Source: Gemmatimonadota bacterium (GTDB lineage Bacteria > Gemmatimonadota > Gemmatimonadetes > Longimicrobiales > RSA9). Taken from it: a stretch of 64,000 bases of DNA. The notes beneath the pieces were generated by a model. That model saw only the letters and a list, made by a program, of their open reading frames with translations, was not told the origin of the DNA and did not search any database. The stretch lies in contig SLCC01000086.1 of NCBI GenBank assembly GCA_007126035.1, forward strand, positions 680 through 64,679. Reading direction: 5' to 3'. A program made the position numbers and the translations under genes. Position 1 is the first letter of the stretch. Each line of letters begins with the position of its first letter. Positions 1 to 9,508 of this stretch are shown piece after piece.

Positions 1-337
1 GGCCTCCGTCGTAGAGGACGGCCCTGCCATCGGGCGTCCGGATCAGGACCGCGTCGCCCTGACCCACGTCGAGGAAGTGGAGCTCCAGGAAGGCGCTGGA
101 ATCGTCCGCCACCGCCGACACGGGAATGGCGTGAGGCCCGGCGAGCAGCATCGAGCCGGCTCCGCCACCAGCGCCTGCACGGTCAGCCGAGGCGGCCAGG
201 GTGACGGCCAGGGTAACGGCCAGGGTAACGGCCAGGGTGACGGCCAGAATGACGGCCAGGGCCGCACCGGACCGTGCTGCCGGGCCCGCGGGCCGGGGTG
301 CCGGGGAGGTTGGGTTACTACAACGCGATGTCGCCAC
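1..337 (-). CDS. ComEC/Rec2-like MBL-fold metallo-hydrolase, secreted (5' part; runs off window edge)
   Basis: Manual translation of a minus frame absent from the ORF track gives ...LELHFLDVGQGDAVLIRTPDGRAVLYDGG, the ComEC MBL-domain N-terminal motif, preceded by a hydrophobic (LAVT)n signal. GTG start at 337 is a guess. Lies next to a DUF3006-like gene. Confidence 0.8.
   Translation of the reverse strand, partial: MATSRCSNPTSPAPRPAGPAARSGAALAVILAVTLAVTLAVTLAVTLAASADRAGAGGGAGSMLLAGPHAIPVSAVADDSSAFLELHFLDVGQGDAVLIRTPDGRAVLYDGG
193..261. repeat. 12-bp tandem repeat CGGCCAGGGTRA, about 5.7 copies, encoding (LAVT)n
   Basis: Seen directly at 193-261. Confidence 0.9.
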
Positions 338-572
338 CGGGGCCTTCCGGGATGGATTCCCGCAGGCGGCGGATCTCCACACCACGGTCAGCCATGGCCC
401 TGGCATCTATGGCGAGGGTCAGTCGGGCGGTGTCCTGGTCTCGCCGCACGTCCAACCGGAGCACGGTGCCTTCGCCGGCGCCGGTGGGCAGCCAGGAGGC
501 GGGCACCTCCAGGGAGCCGGCGTCGCCCTCGAGCACGGCGATGCCGTCGGCGATCCGGTCCACGATCAGCAT
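318..572 (-). CDS. DUF3006 domain protein
   Basis: MLIVDRIADGIAVLE...VPASWLPTGAGEGTVL matches the DUF3006 pattern (IDRFEG..AVLE..LP..EGDVL); typical ComEC neighbour. Confidence 0.75.
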   Translation of the reverse strand: MLIVDRIADGIAVLEGDAGSLEVPASWLPTGAGEGTVLRLDVRRDQDTARLTLAIDARAMADRGVEIRRLRESIPEGPGGDIAL

Positions 573-583
573 GGGCCTGTCCC

Positions 584-1141
584 TCAGGAGGAAGGGCCGG
601 ATTTCCCGGTCTCGCCACCAGTCGGTTTCGGCGGCGACTCGCCGATCCGGATCAGTCCCGAGACCTGACCGCCCTCCTTGAGGCCCAGGCGGCGGGCGGT
701 GACGTCACCATCGACGACGGCGGTCTCCTCGATGAGCAGGCGACTCGCGTCTGTGATGCTCCCGGTAACCCGGCCCCGGATCAGAGCCTCCTGGACGTTG
801 AGACCGCCGCCGACCGAGCCCTGGGGTCCGATGGCGACCCAGGGAGCGCTGACACTGCCCCCCACCCGGCCCTCGATGACTACGTCCTGCTCCTTTCCGC
901 TACCCTTGCCAGTGACGTCCCCGTCCACCCGGCCGGTGGGGCTGACGTGCAGCCGTCGGGCTTCCACGCTGCCCCGTACGTGTCCGTCGATCCGGAGTGC
1001 GCCATCGGTGCGGCAGTCGCCCTTCAGGACCATCCCGTGGCCGATAAGTGATTCACCAGCCTGGACGGCGCCGGCGGTCCGCTCGGCGGCAGCGCGCGGA
1101 GCGGGCTCAGGGGACTGCTTCTTGGATCGCAGTAGTGCCAT
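584..1141 (-). CDS. Bactofilin / polymer-forming cytoskeletal protein
   Basis: SLIGHGMVLKGDC..GALRIDGHVRGSV..LHVSPTGRVDGDV beta-helix repeats, extended; GGAGGA SD upstream. Confidence 0.85.
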   Translation of the reverse strand: MALLRSKKQSPEPAPRAAAERTAGAVQAGESLIGHGMVLKGDCRTDGALRIDGHVRGSVEARRLHVSPTGRVDGDVTGKGSGKEQDVVIEGRVGGSVSAPWVAIGPQGSVGGGLNVQEALIRGRVTGSITDASRLLIEETAVVDGDVTARRLGLKEGGQVSGLIRIGESPPKPTGGETGKSGPSS

Positions 1142-1310
1142 GACGTTCCTCCGGGGGGACCGGGTATCTCACTCTCCAATTCTCACAGCGGAACGAAAGA
1201 AAGGAAATACCTGTCCCTCATGATTAGTGAAGAGGCGAAGAGACGGGATACCTGATCCCGCGGAAATAGCGAAGGCGGGCTACCTGGTCCCGCTGAAACC
1301 CTCTGGCCTG

Positions 1311-3014
1311 TCATTGCCCGCGGTACCCCGGCCCGCGTACGATCCGGCCCGGCATTGCGCCGGTGTGGGCGGCATCGCGGATGACGGCCACGCCGTTGAC
1401 GAACAGGTGCTCCACGCCCACCGACAGCTGGTGCGGCTCGTCGTAGGTGGCGCGGTCCCTGATCGTCGCCGGGTCGAAGACCACGATATCGGCGAGCATC
1501 CCCTCTCGTAGCAGCCCCCGGTCCTGGATGCCCAGGCGGTTGGCCACGGCGGAGCTGGCCTTTCGCACGGCCTCCTCCAGGGTGATCACCTCCTGTTCCC
1601 GTACGTACCTGCCCAGGATCCGCGGGTAGGTGCCGTAGCCCCGGGGATGGACCAGTCGGGTCGTCTGTTCCGGGTCCGTGCCGCCGGCGTCGGTGCCGAA
1701 GCTGATCCACGGCTGGCGCATCTGCGTGGCCACGTTGTCCTCGCTCATGAGGAAGTACATGGTGAAGATGCGCTGCTCCTCGGAGATGATGAGGTCGATG
1801 GCGGCGTCGGCCCAGTGCTGCCCGCGGGCCTCGGCTATCTCCGACAGGCGACGCCCCGCCCACGCCTCGTTCTCGGGCTGCTCGAGCCCCACGACCATGA
1901 CACCTTCCGGGCCCGCCAGGATACAGAAGTTCTCCCAGTCACTGTACTCCGCCACCATCTCGGCCCGGATCCTGGCTCGCATCTCCGGGTCCCGGAGGTT
2001 GTCGAACAGCTTCCCGTCGGCGGCGGCCCAGGCGGGGAGGCAAGACGTGAGCCCGGTTCCCGCGGCAGGGTAGGGGTACATGTCGGCGGTGACGTCCTGC
2101 CCGGCTGCGCGCGCCGAATCTATCTTGGCGATGGCCGGCTCCATCCGGTCCCAGTTCCGCTGGCCCGCGGCCTTGAGGTGGTAGATCTGGACGGGGACGC
2201 CGCCTTCCCGGCCGATCCGCAGCGCCTCGTCCAGCGCTTCCAGGAACCGGTCGCCCTCGGAGCGGAGGTGGGTGATGTAGATGCCTCCGTACGGCCCGAT
2301 CACCCTGGCCAGCTCGATCAGCTCCTCGGTGGTGGCAAAGTCGCCCGGGGCGTAGATCAGCGACGTGGCCAGGCCGAACGCACCGTCCTCCATGGCCCGG
2401 ACCATGGCCGCCCGCATGGTGTCCAGCTCCGCCGGCGAGGGCGGACCCTGGGCCATCCCCTTCCCGTAACGACGGATGGTGCCGCCGCCGACGAAGGAGC
2501 CGCCGTTCACCGACATACCCGTCTCCTCCATGGCACGCAGCCAGACGTCGAAGCCGCGGGGGCCGAAGAAGCGCGTCGCCCGCTCCCTGACCGCCGGATC
2601 GGTCAGGTCCACGTCGCCGATCGTCAGCTCGTTGGCCGGCGCGTTCGACGTGCTCTCACCCATGATCTCCGTCGTGATGCCCTGGGTCACCTTGCTCAGC
2701 ACCCGGCCGTCGCCGTCCAGCAGCGCCGCCCGGGAATGACTGATCACGTCGATGAAGCCGGGGGCAACGACACGGCCACGGGCGTCCAGTCGCTCAGTCG
2801 CCGGCGCGTTCGCCAGGAGACCGGCGGGGGCGACACGGGCGATGCGGTCGCCCCGCACCGCCACATCGCCGTAGAACCAGGGGTTGCCGGTCCCGTCCAC
2901 GATCCGGCCACGCTCGATCACCAGGTCGTAGGGGGCCTCGGGTGCGGGAGCACGAGGAGCGGCCGGCGCGCACGCGGCGGCGGCCATGATCAACAGCAGG
3001 GCGAGGTTCCGCAT
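1311..3014 (-). CDS. N-acyl-D-amino-acid deacylase (D-aminoacylase family), probable lipoprotein
   Basis: YDLVIERGRIVDGTG, VVAPGFIDVISHS, YITHLRSE, HPRGYGTYPRILGRYVRE; signal MRNLALLL..AAAC; start moved to ATG 3014. Confidence 0.9.
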   Translation of the reverse strand: MRNLALLLIMAAAACAPAAPRAPAPEAPYDLVIERGRIVDGTGNPWFYGDVAVRGDRIARVAPAGLLANAPATERLDARGRVVAPGFIDVISHSRAALLDGDGRVLSKVTQGITTEIMGESTSNAPANELTIGDVDLTDPAVRERATRFFGPRGFDVWLRAMEETGMSVNGGSFVGGGTIRRYGKGMAQGPPSPAELDTMRAAMVRAMEDGAFGLATSLIYAPGDFATTEELIELARVIGPYGGIYITHLRSEGDRFLEALDEALRIGREGGVPVQIYHLKAAGQRNWDRMEPAIAKIDSARAAGQDVTADMYPYPAAGTGLTSCLPAWAAADGKLFDNLRDPEMRARIRAEMVAEYSDWENFCILAGPEGVMVVGLEQPENEAWAGRRLSEIAEARGQHWADAAIDLIISEEQRIFTMYFLMSEDNVATQMRQPWISFGTDAGGTDPEQTTRLVHPRGYGTYPRILGRYVREQEVITLEEAVRKASSAVANRLGIQDRGLLREGMLADIVVFDPATIRDRATYDEPHQLSVGVEHLFVNGVAVIRDAAHTGAMPGRIVRGPGYRGQ

Positions 3015-3144
3015 CGCTCGGCACGGTTCGGGTATCTGCGGCCTGCCGGCACCGGACCGGCTCGGTCCGCTGGCAACGTAGACCAACCGCCAGGCCGGGA
3101 CAAGCCAGGCCGATGTCAGAGCACCCGCCGTGGCTAGCGCGACG

Positions 3145-4269
3145 TCACGAATCCGAAGCGGGGGGGCGGAGCCGCAGCATCGGCTCCCGGTCGCTTCCCA
3201 CCACAGCGGCGCCGAACCGTCCGAACTCACGGTCGAGGGTGGCGCGGAGCCATTCCACCTCCCGGGTGGACGGGTCCTCGAGGCGCATCTTCCTGATCCG
3301 GAAGGGCCTCATGTCCAGTCCCATGAGCTTGCCGCTGTCCGGATCGACGGCGGGCAGGTAGAGGACGACCAGGTCGTCCCGGAACTCCTCGTAGCCGCTG
3401 ATCCCCTCGTAGTCGTCCAGGAAGTCTCCGCAGCCGTACAGGATGAGCCGGTCCCGGTAGACTTCTCCGGCCCTGGGATGATGGGAGGAGTGGCCGTGGA
3501 CCAGGTCGACGCCCGCGTCCACCAGGGTGTGGGCGATGAGCCGGTGTCTCCGGGGGATGGCATAGCCCCAGTTCGAGCCCCAGTGGACGGAAGCGACCAC
3601 GACATCGCCGGGCTGCTTCAGGGCGACGATGGGCGCGGCCATGGCGGCGGCCCGCTCCGCCATGCTGCGGGCGGCCGCATCGGGGAGCAGGCTGACGCCC
3701 GGCCGGTGGGGTGCCGCGGCCCAGCCTGGCGGGATGCCGCTGTCGCTCAGCCCGAAAGCGAAGAGCAGGATCCGGCTCCCGGCTCCCGCCTCCAGAGCCA
3801 CCGGTGCCCGGGCTGCGTCCAGGTCCCGGCCCGCGCCAACCGGCGGGATCCCGGCACCCTCCAGGGCGGCCAGCGTCTCGAGCAGGCCTTCCGGTCCCCA
3901 GTCAAGCACGTGGTTGTTGGCCAGGACGCAGGCGTCGACACGTCCTGCCTCCAGGACCGGCTCGTTGGCGGGGTGCATCCTGTAGTTGATCCCCTTGGGC
4001 AGGGCAGCATCGCTCGTGGTGATGCTGGTCTCGAGATTGATGATCAGGGGCGCCGGCGCCAGCTCCTGGAGCACCGGGAGCGCGCGGCCCCACACATAGT
4101 GGTAGTCGACGGGTCGGCTGATGGGGCCATTGGCCCGTTCCGCCAGCTCCACGTAGTCCAGGGCGGAGCGGACGTATCGCTCGTGCAGGGCCGGGTCGGA
4201 AGGGTGGGGGAGGATCTGGTCGACGCCCCGGCCGAGCATGACGTCGCCGGTGAGGCACAGAGTGATCAT
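3145..4269 (-). CDS. CapA/PgsA family metallophosphatase-fold protein
   Basis: TGDVMLGRG, INLET, LANNHVLDWG, SVHWG, VHGHSSHH, LYGCGDF motifs. Confidence 0.9.
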   Translation of the reverse strand: MITLCLTGDVMLGRGVDQILPHPSDPALHERYVRSALDYVELAERANGPISRPVDYHYVWGRALPVLQELAPAPLIINLETSITTSDAALPKGINYRMHPANEPVLEAGRVDACVLANNHVLDWGPEGLLETLAALEGAGIPPVGAGRDLDAARAPVALEAGAGSRILLFAFGLSDSGIPPGWAAAPHRPGVSLLPDAAARSMAERAAAMAAPIVALKQPGDVVVASVHWGSNWGYAIPRRHRLIAHTLVDAGVDLVHGHSSHHPRAGEVYRDRLILYGCGDFLDDYEGISGYEEFRDDLVVLYLPAVDPDSGKLMGLDMRPFRIRKMRLEDPSTREVEWLRATLDREFGRFGAAVVGSDREPMLRLRPPASDS

Positions 4270-4628
4270 GGCGGCACGGCGTTCAGGAAGCGTTGCCGTT
4301 CATGATGGATCCAGCCGGAGATACGGTCAATGGGATGGTCCCGGGGTGAGTCCTGGCCCGAAAGTGTCACGGCCCGAAAACTCTTGCGCGCCCGGCCCAG
4401 GATGATAATCCTTCAAGTACCAGCGCTGGCGCGGGCCGCTGACAATGCCCATTCAGGCCGGTGCTCCGGGCGGCAACGTCGTCGCCCAGGACCCCCTGAC
4501 CCTCTTCGCGAGGGCGTACCCGGGCAGAGACGGCGCGTCAGACGCGGTGGTGACGGGGGCCGGGACCCAGGAGCCCGTCGCCAAACGCTGACCGGGTCCA
4601 GGAGGCAGTATGCCACCTGACAAGCCAG

Positions 4629-4663
4629 GGCCCGGGGCGAGAGCGCGACTCTCGTCCCGGGCC
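4629..4663. terminator. Strong 15-bp hairpin (terminator-like, no U-tract)
   Basis: GGCCCGGGGCGAGAG-CGCGA-CTCTCGTCCCGGGCC, downstream of the amidohydrolase operon. Confidence 0.45.
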
Positions 4664-4795
4664 ATCGTCATCGGCATTCCGCTCCCGCCCACGAACCTCG
4701 AGTCTCGAACAGCGGCCTCCCTGTTCGCGCTCTCGTGGGACGCGCCCGCTCAGCGCCGCCTCCAGGTGCGGTCAAGGCCATGTCCGAGGTCTCCA

Positions 4796-7663
4796 TCAAC
4801 GTCTGTTCAAGAACTGCTCATACAGATGCCGGTGCTTGTTGTCGTGGGGGTCGACCTCCTCGCCGGCTATCCACATCCGCTGCACGCGGGTGGTGATCTG
4901 GAGGATGTCCCCGTCTGCCAGGACCAGGTCGGCCCGTTTGCCTGGTGTGATGCTGCCCATCTCGGTGCCCAGCCCCATGATCTCGGCTGGCGCGAGGGTC
5001 AGGCCCCGCAGGGCCACGTCCCCTGGCAGGCCGTAGGCCCGGTGCCTGGCGGCCAGGTATGGCAGGTTCCGCACGTCGGCCACGCTGCGGGTGGTGAAGG
5101 CGACAGGCACGCCTGCCTGGTGGAGGATGGCGGCGTTCCGCCAGCCGGCGTCGTGGGGGTCGTCACGGTCGCCGGTAACGTCCAGGCCGGTGCTGAGGAC
5201 GACGGGGATACCGCGGCGGCCCAGCTCGTCAGCCAGACGGTGGGCGTGCTCTCCGCCCACGATGACTGGCCGGACGGCGGGGAACCGGTCCAGCAGCAGG
5301 AGCAGGGTCCGGATCTGGCGTTCCCGGTCCAGGTGGAAGAGGGCGGGCAAGTCGCCTGACAGGACGGGCGCCATGGCTTCGAGCATGAGTCTCTCGCCAC
5401 CGTGCACCTGTGCCTCGAAGGGCTGGTCCGGCCGGTCCCTGGTGGCTGCGTGGCGGGTGAAGGCCTGGGCCCGCTCGAACAGTCTTACCAGCGCGTCCAC
5501 CGCGTCGCCCTTCAGCTCCGGCTCGTCCCACTCGTTGCCATCGGGGCGGGGGAAGTAGATCACCATGGCTGCCCGGTCCGCCAGGGACATGCGCCTGGGC
5601 GTGTCACCCCGTAGCTGGAGCAGGGACGCCGCGCCGGGTATGGCGCTGCCGCGCTGGTGGGTGAGGACACTGGTGATGCCGTTGGCCCGGGCCACATTGT
5701 ACGTCACGGAGTGGGGCTGGAGCCCGATCATGGCCCGGAGGTGCGGATTGAAGTCGCCCACCTCCCGCTGGTCCGTGGCTGCCGGGACCTGTCCCACCTC
5801 GATGAGTCCGAGCCCTGTGGAGAGGTCGGTCATGCCCGGGAACAGGTGCTGGCCGGCGACGTCGATCCGTTCGGCGTCGCCGGGGATGGTGACCTGGCCG
5901 GCCGTGCCCACGTGGGCGATCCGGCCATCCCGGACCACTACCACGCCGTTCTCGATGGACGGCCCGTCACCCGGATGGATGGTGGCGCCCACGAGCGCGA
6001 AGGTGCCGGTTGCGGGGGGCAGCGCCGGGTCCGTGAGGCGCCGGTCTCCGGCCCAGGCGACCCGGGGCGCCTGACCGGACCGGGCGGCCAACGACGGACT
6101 GACCACTGGGCCGGCCGATGGAGTGGCCGTTCCGGTCGTGGCGGTGGCGGTCGTCGCCGGAGCGGCCTGGACAGTGGCCAGGGTCCGCATGGGCGTCCGT
6201 CGGTAGTCGGCTTCCCGCTCCCGCTCCCAGTATACCAGGCCGTCCATGATGGTCTTCTCGACGCGGGTGTCGACGTCGAAGGGGTCGCCGCTCAGGAGCA
6301 CGATGTCGCCGTGCTTGCCCACCTGGATGGAGCCGACCTTGTCATCGATGAGGAGCTGCTGGGCGGGGTAGAGGGTGTACATGCGCAGCGCCTCCTCCTT
6401 CGGCACGTCACCGTACTTGACCGGCTTCATGATCTCGTAGGTGGCGAAGGTCTGGAGCCGCTCACTGTCGGAGTTCAGGCTGGTGTGGACGCCCTGAGCG
6501 TGCATGATGGCCGCGTTGTAGGGCGTGGCGTCGAAGGCCTCCAGCTTGAAGTGCCACCAGTCGGAGAAGGTGGAGCCGCAGGCGCCGTGCTCAGCCATCT
6601 CGGCGGCCACCCGGTAGCCCTCGAGGACGTGGGTGAAGCAGTCGATCAGGAAGCCGAACCGCTCCGCCACGTCGATGAGCATGAGGATCTCGTCGGCGCG
6701 GTAGGAGTGGGCATGGATTCGGAGCCTGCCCTCCATGATGTCGACCAGCGCCTCGAGGCGCTGGTCCCGGCGGGGCGGGACGCGGAAGGACCGGGGGCTC
6801 TGCCGGTACCGCTCCCACTCGTCGCGGTAGGCCTGGGCCGCCTCGAAGGCCTGGATGTAGAGGGCCTCGACGCCCTGGCGGGACAGGGGGTAGCGCTGGG
6901 GCCCGTCGTCGCTCCAGGCCTTGCGGGTCACGTTCTCGCCCAGGGCGAACTTCACCGTCTGGGGCGCGCCCTGGACCAGGAACTGCTCCGGGTGCGTCAA
7001 GCCCCAGCGCGGCTTGATGATGGCGCTCTGGGCGCCGATCAGGTTGCAGCTCCCGTGGAGGACCTGCGCCGTGGTGACGCCGCCGGTGAGGGCCCGGAAG
7101 ATCCCGAAATCGTCCGGGTTGAGCTGATCGATGACCCGGGTCTCCGGCACGATGGGCGATGTGCACTCGTTGTACGTGGTCATGGCGATGTGCGAGTGCT
7201 CGTCCACGAACCCGGGGATGGCGGTGTAGCCGGAGCCGTCCAGCACCGTCACGCCCCGGGGCGCCGAGAGGTTCCGGCCGATCTGCCGGATCACGCCGTC
7301 CCTGATCAGGATGTCGGTATCGGTGAGCGTCTCTCCCGCCGCCGTCCAGACGGTGTCCAGGCCGCGGATGAGGATGGAGCCCCGTGGCACGTCCACCTCG
7401 CCCTCGGCTATCTGCGGCCGGAAGCTGGCGCCCCTGGCTGCCAGGGCGCCGCCGTCAAGTGACGACTGGCCCGCCGCCGGTGCCTCGGCCCGGGCGGAGG
7501 CCGGTGCCCTGGCCTGAGCCGCCACCGGTCCGGGCACCGCCGCGGCCAGGGTGGCGAGGGTGGCGAGGGCGGTGAGGGCGGTGAGCAACACCGTCTTCGC
7601 CGCGCCCAACGCTGCCGGCTGCGTCAGAGCCTGTCCGGCTCGCTTCATGTCAATGGCGATCAT
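4796..7663 (-). CDS. Secreted two-module amidohydrolase-family protein
   Basis: Module 1 has PGFVDEHSH, VKFALGEN, HAHSYR, HTSLNSD; module 2 has the same fold but LFPGMTDLST in place of HxH; ATG 7663 overlaps the upstream stop (ATGA). Confidence 0.85.
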   Translation of the reverse strand: MIAIDMKRAGQALTQPAALGAAKTVLLTALTALATLATLAAAVPGPVAAQARAPASARAEAPAAGQSSLDGGALAARGASFRPQIAEGEVDVPRGSILIRGLDTVWTAAGETLTDTDILIRDGVIRQIGRNLSAPRGVTVLDGSGYTAIPGFVDEHSHIAMTTYNECTSPIVPETRVIDQLNPDDFGIFRALTGGVTTAQVLHGSCNLIGAQSAIIKPRWGLTHPEQFLVQGAPQTVKFALGENVTRKAWSDDGPQRYPLSRQGVEALYIQAFEAAQAYRDEWERYRQSPRSFRVPPRRDQRLEALVDIMEGRLRIHAHSYRADEILMLIDVAERFGFLIDCFTHVLEGYRVAAEMAEHGACGSTFSDWWHFKLEAFDATPYNAAIMHAQGVHTSLNSDSERLQTFATYEIMKPVKYGDVPKEEALRMYTLYPAQQLLIDDKVGSIQVGKHGDIVLLSGDPFDVDTRVEKTIMDGLVYWEREREADYRRTPMRTLATVQAAPATTATATTGTATPSAGPVVSPSLAARSGQAPRVAWAGDRRLTDPALPPATGTFALVGATIHPGDGPSIENGVVVVRDGRIAHVGTAGQVTIPGDAERIDVAGQHLFPGMTDLSTGLGLIEVGQVPAATDQREVGDFNPHLRAMIGLQPHSVTYNVARANGITSVLTHQRGSAIPGAASLLQLRGDTPRRMSLADRAAMVIYFPRPDGNEWDEPELKGDAVDALVRLFERAQAFTRHAATRDRPDQPFEAQVHGGERLMLEAMAPVLSGDLPALFHLDRERQIRTLLLLLDRFPAVRPVIVGGEHAHRLADELGRRGIPVVLSTGLDVTGDRDDPHDAGWRNAAILHQAGVPVAFTTRSVADVRNLPYLAARHRAYGLPGDVALRGLTLAPAEIMGLGTEMGSITPGKRADLVLADGDILQITTRVQRMWIAGEEVDPHDNKHRHLYEQFLNRR

Positions 7664-9351
7664 CGTCCACCTCCCGGGCTCCGCCTTGTCGCTGTCCACT
7701 GGGCGACGCCGAGGGGTCCGGCCTCCGCCTGGCCCGAAGCCCGGTCGCCGTCCACCCGGCCGCTGATCCGGATGGTCATGGTCTGGCCGGCCTGCTGCAC
7801 CACGACCGACGTGCTGATCTGGTCCACGTCGATCACCCCATCCCGCAGGGGCAGCCGCTCGCCCATCATGCTCATAGACCCGACGAACGTGGCGCCGTCC
7901 TGCTCGATGTTGAGGATGGCGGTCATGGTCTGACCGCCTATTACGAGTCGCATGTCCCACTCGCCGGCGAAGTCCACGGCCTCCTCCGCCTCCCCGGGCG
8001 CCACCCCGGGTGGGCTGCCCTCCTCGCGGAGACCTTCCACGAAGGTGTGGAGGATCTCCGTCTCGTCGTGGAACAGGGGCCCGCTGGTCACGATGAAGGT
8101 GGCGGGCATCCCCGCCTCGATCCGGACCAGGTGGGGCACGCCCAGGATGGTTGCGGGCGACGACGTCAGGGCAGCCAGCGCGGCGTCGGCGGAGAGTCCG
8201 TACTCGACTGCCTTCCGGGCGCCCCTGAGCAGCTCACCGCTGCCGCCGCTGGTCAGGGCGAATGCGATGCCCGCCTCCGCCAGGCGCGCGGCGTTGGCGT
8301 AGCGGGCCTCCAGGTCCAGCTTCTCTCGCTCCGCCGCCGCGTCGAGGGGCTCCTGCCCGTCCTCGTCGTCGGCGGGGTGCCAGCGCACGGGCTCGGGGAA
8401 GTCCACGTCCACCAGCACGGGCACGTTCCGCTGCCTGAGCAGGTCCGCCACCTTCCAGGCCTCGTGTCCGCCCACGACGATGGGCCTGAACCCGTATTCC
8501 GCCGCCAGGCCCAGCGCCCGCAGGATGTCCGTGGCGCCGTTGGCCCGGAAGAAGACGGGCAGGTCTCCTGCCTGCACCTGCTGGAGCACGGCATAGTCCG
8601 CGTCGTGGTCCGGGATGGTCAGGCCCCTGGGGTCCCGGGCGTGGGCCTCGGAGATCAGGCTCCGGTGCCGGGCGTCCTCGAAGGCCTGGCGCATGAACGC
8701 GGTGACGCCGAAGAGGGTGCTGGGGTAGACGCCCGGGCCGCCACGGAACTCGAACCGCGGCCCCAGCACCGGCTCGATGACCAGCTGCTGCGGCGTCGCG
8801 GCCTGCCGGTACAGGAGCAGCGCGCCGCGGCCCGGCATCATGGCGCCGGTGGGATGGACCGCCGCCGCCACCAGCCCCGCACGGCGCTGGGGGGCCAGGG
8901 CGTCGCCGTCGGAGGTCAGATGGCTCACCACCCGCCGCGACGGCATGAAGCCCTGGAGCGAGCGGGGCGCGTTCCAGATCTCGATGGTCCGGGGGTCCAC
9001 CTCGGCGCGGGGGAACTCGTGGGCCGAGCGGCCGTCACCGTCGACCAGCCCGGGGTAGACCACCAGCGAATCTCCTTCCAGGAGCCGGGCGTCGGCCGGT
9101 ACCTGCACGTCCCGGCCCAGCGCCTCGATCAACCGGCCGCGCACCACCAGGGTGACACCTTCCTGGCGACGCCCGTCGGCATGCACCACCGTCACGTCCT
9201 GGAGGGCATAGGCCGCGGGCGGGGGCACGCTCACGTACTGGGCGCAGAGGGTCGCGGGCGTCACCGCCGCGGCGATCGCCAGAGTCGTGGCCAGAGTCGT
9301 GGCCAGAGTCAGCGACAAGGGGGGGTGTCCGGCTTCGTTGCTCTTCGTCAT
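7660..9351 (-). CDS. Secreted amidohydrolase-fold protein (metal ligands degenerate) with C-terminal beta-rich domain
   Basis: YALQDVTVVHADG..VYPGLVDGDG, YPSTLFG, NAARLAEAGIAFALTS; signal peptide. Confidence 0.75.
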   Translation of the reverse strand: MTKSNEAGHPPLSLTLATTLATTLAIAAAVTPATLCAQYVSVPPPAAYALQDVTVVHADGRRQEGVTLVVRGRLIEALGRDVQVPADARLLEGDSLVVYPGLVDGDGRSAHEFPRAEVDPRTIEIWNAPRSLQGFMPSRRVVSHLTSDGDALAPQRRAGLVAAAVHPTGAMMPGRGALLLYRQAATPQQLVIEPVLGPRFEFRGGPGVYPSTLFGVTAFMRQAFEDARHRSLISEAHARDPRGLTIPDHDADYAVLQQVQAGDLPVFFRANGATDILRALGLAAEYGFRPIVVGGHEAWKVADLLRQRNVPVLVDVDFPEPVRWHPADDEDGQEPLDAAAEREKLDLEARYANAARLAEAGIAFALTSGGSGELLRGARKAVEYGLSADAALAALTSSPATILGVPHLVRIEAGMPATFIVTSGPLFHDETEILHTFVEGLREEGSPPGVAPGEAEEAVDFAGEWDMRLVIGGQTMTAILNIEQDGATFVGSMSMMGERLPLRDGVIDVDQISTSVVVQQAGQTMTIRISGRVDGDRASGQAEAGPLGVAQWTATRRSPGGGR

Positions 9352-9508
9352 CGGGATCCTGTGCCGTCAAAGGGCGTCGCGGGACGATCACACGCGCGGC
9401 CAGGCCGAGCGCGGCCATATCGAGACAAGACCACGACCGCGAACGGGACAGAGGCTCCACGTCCGCGGTCGGGTTAAGTGTGAGAATCCGTCACACGAAG
9501 TGCAAGAG

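Noticed and set aside
1240-1280. ACCTGATC...AGCGAAGG resembling a TPP riboswitch core
   Set aside because: No upstream CTGAGA or P5 stem, and no plus-strand gene downstream
5657-9477. Long antisense ORFs (e.g. 5657-7462+, 8047-9477+, and likewise 1647-3137+, 38309-40075-, 52065-53459+)
   Set aside because: Shadow ORFs opposite well-supported genes, expected from high-GC codon bias; no recognisable motifs
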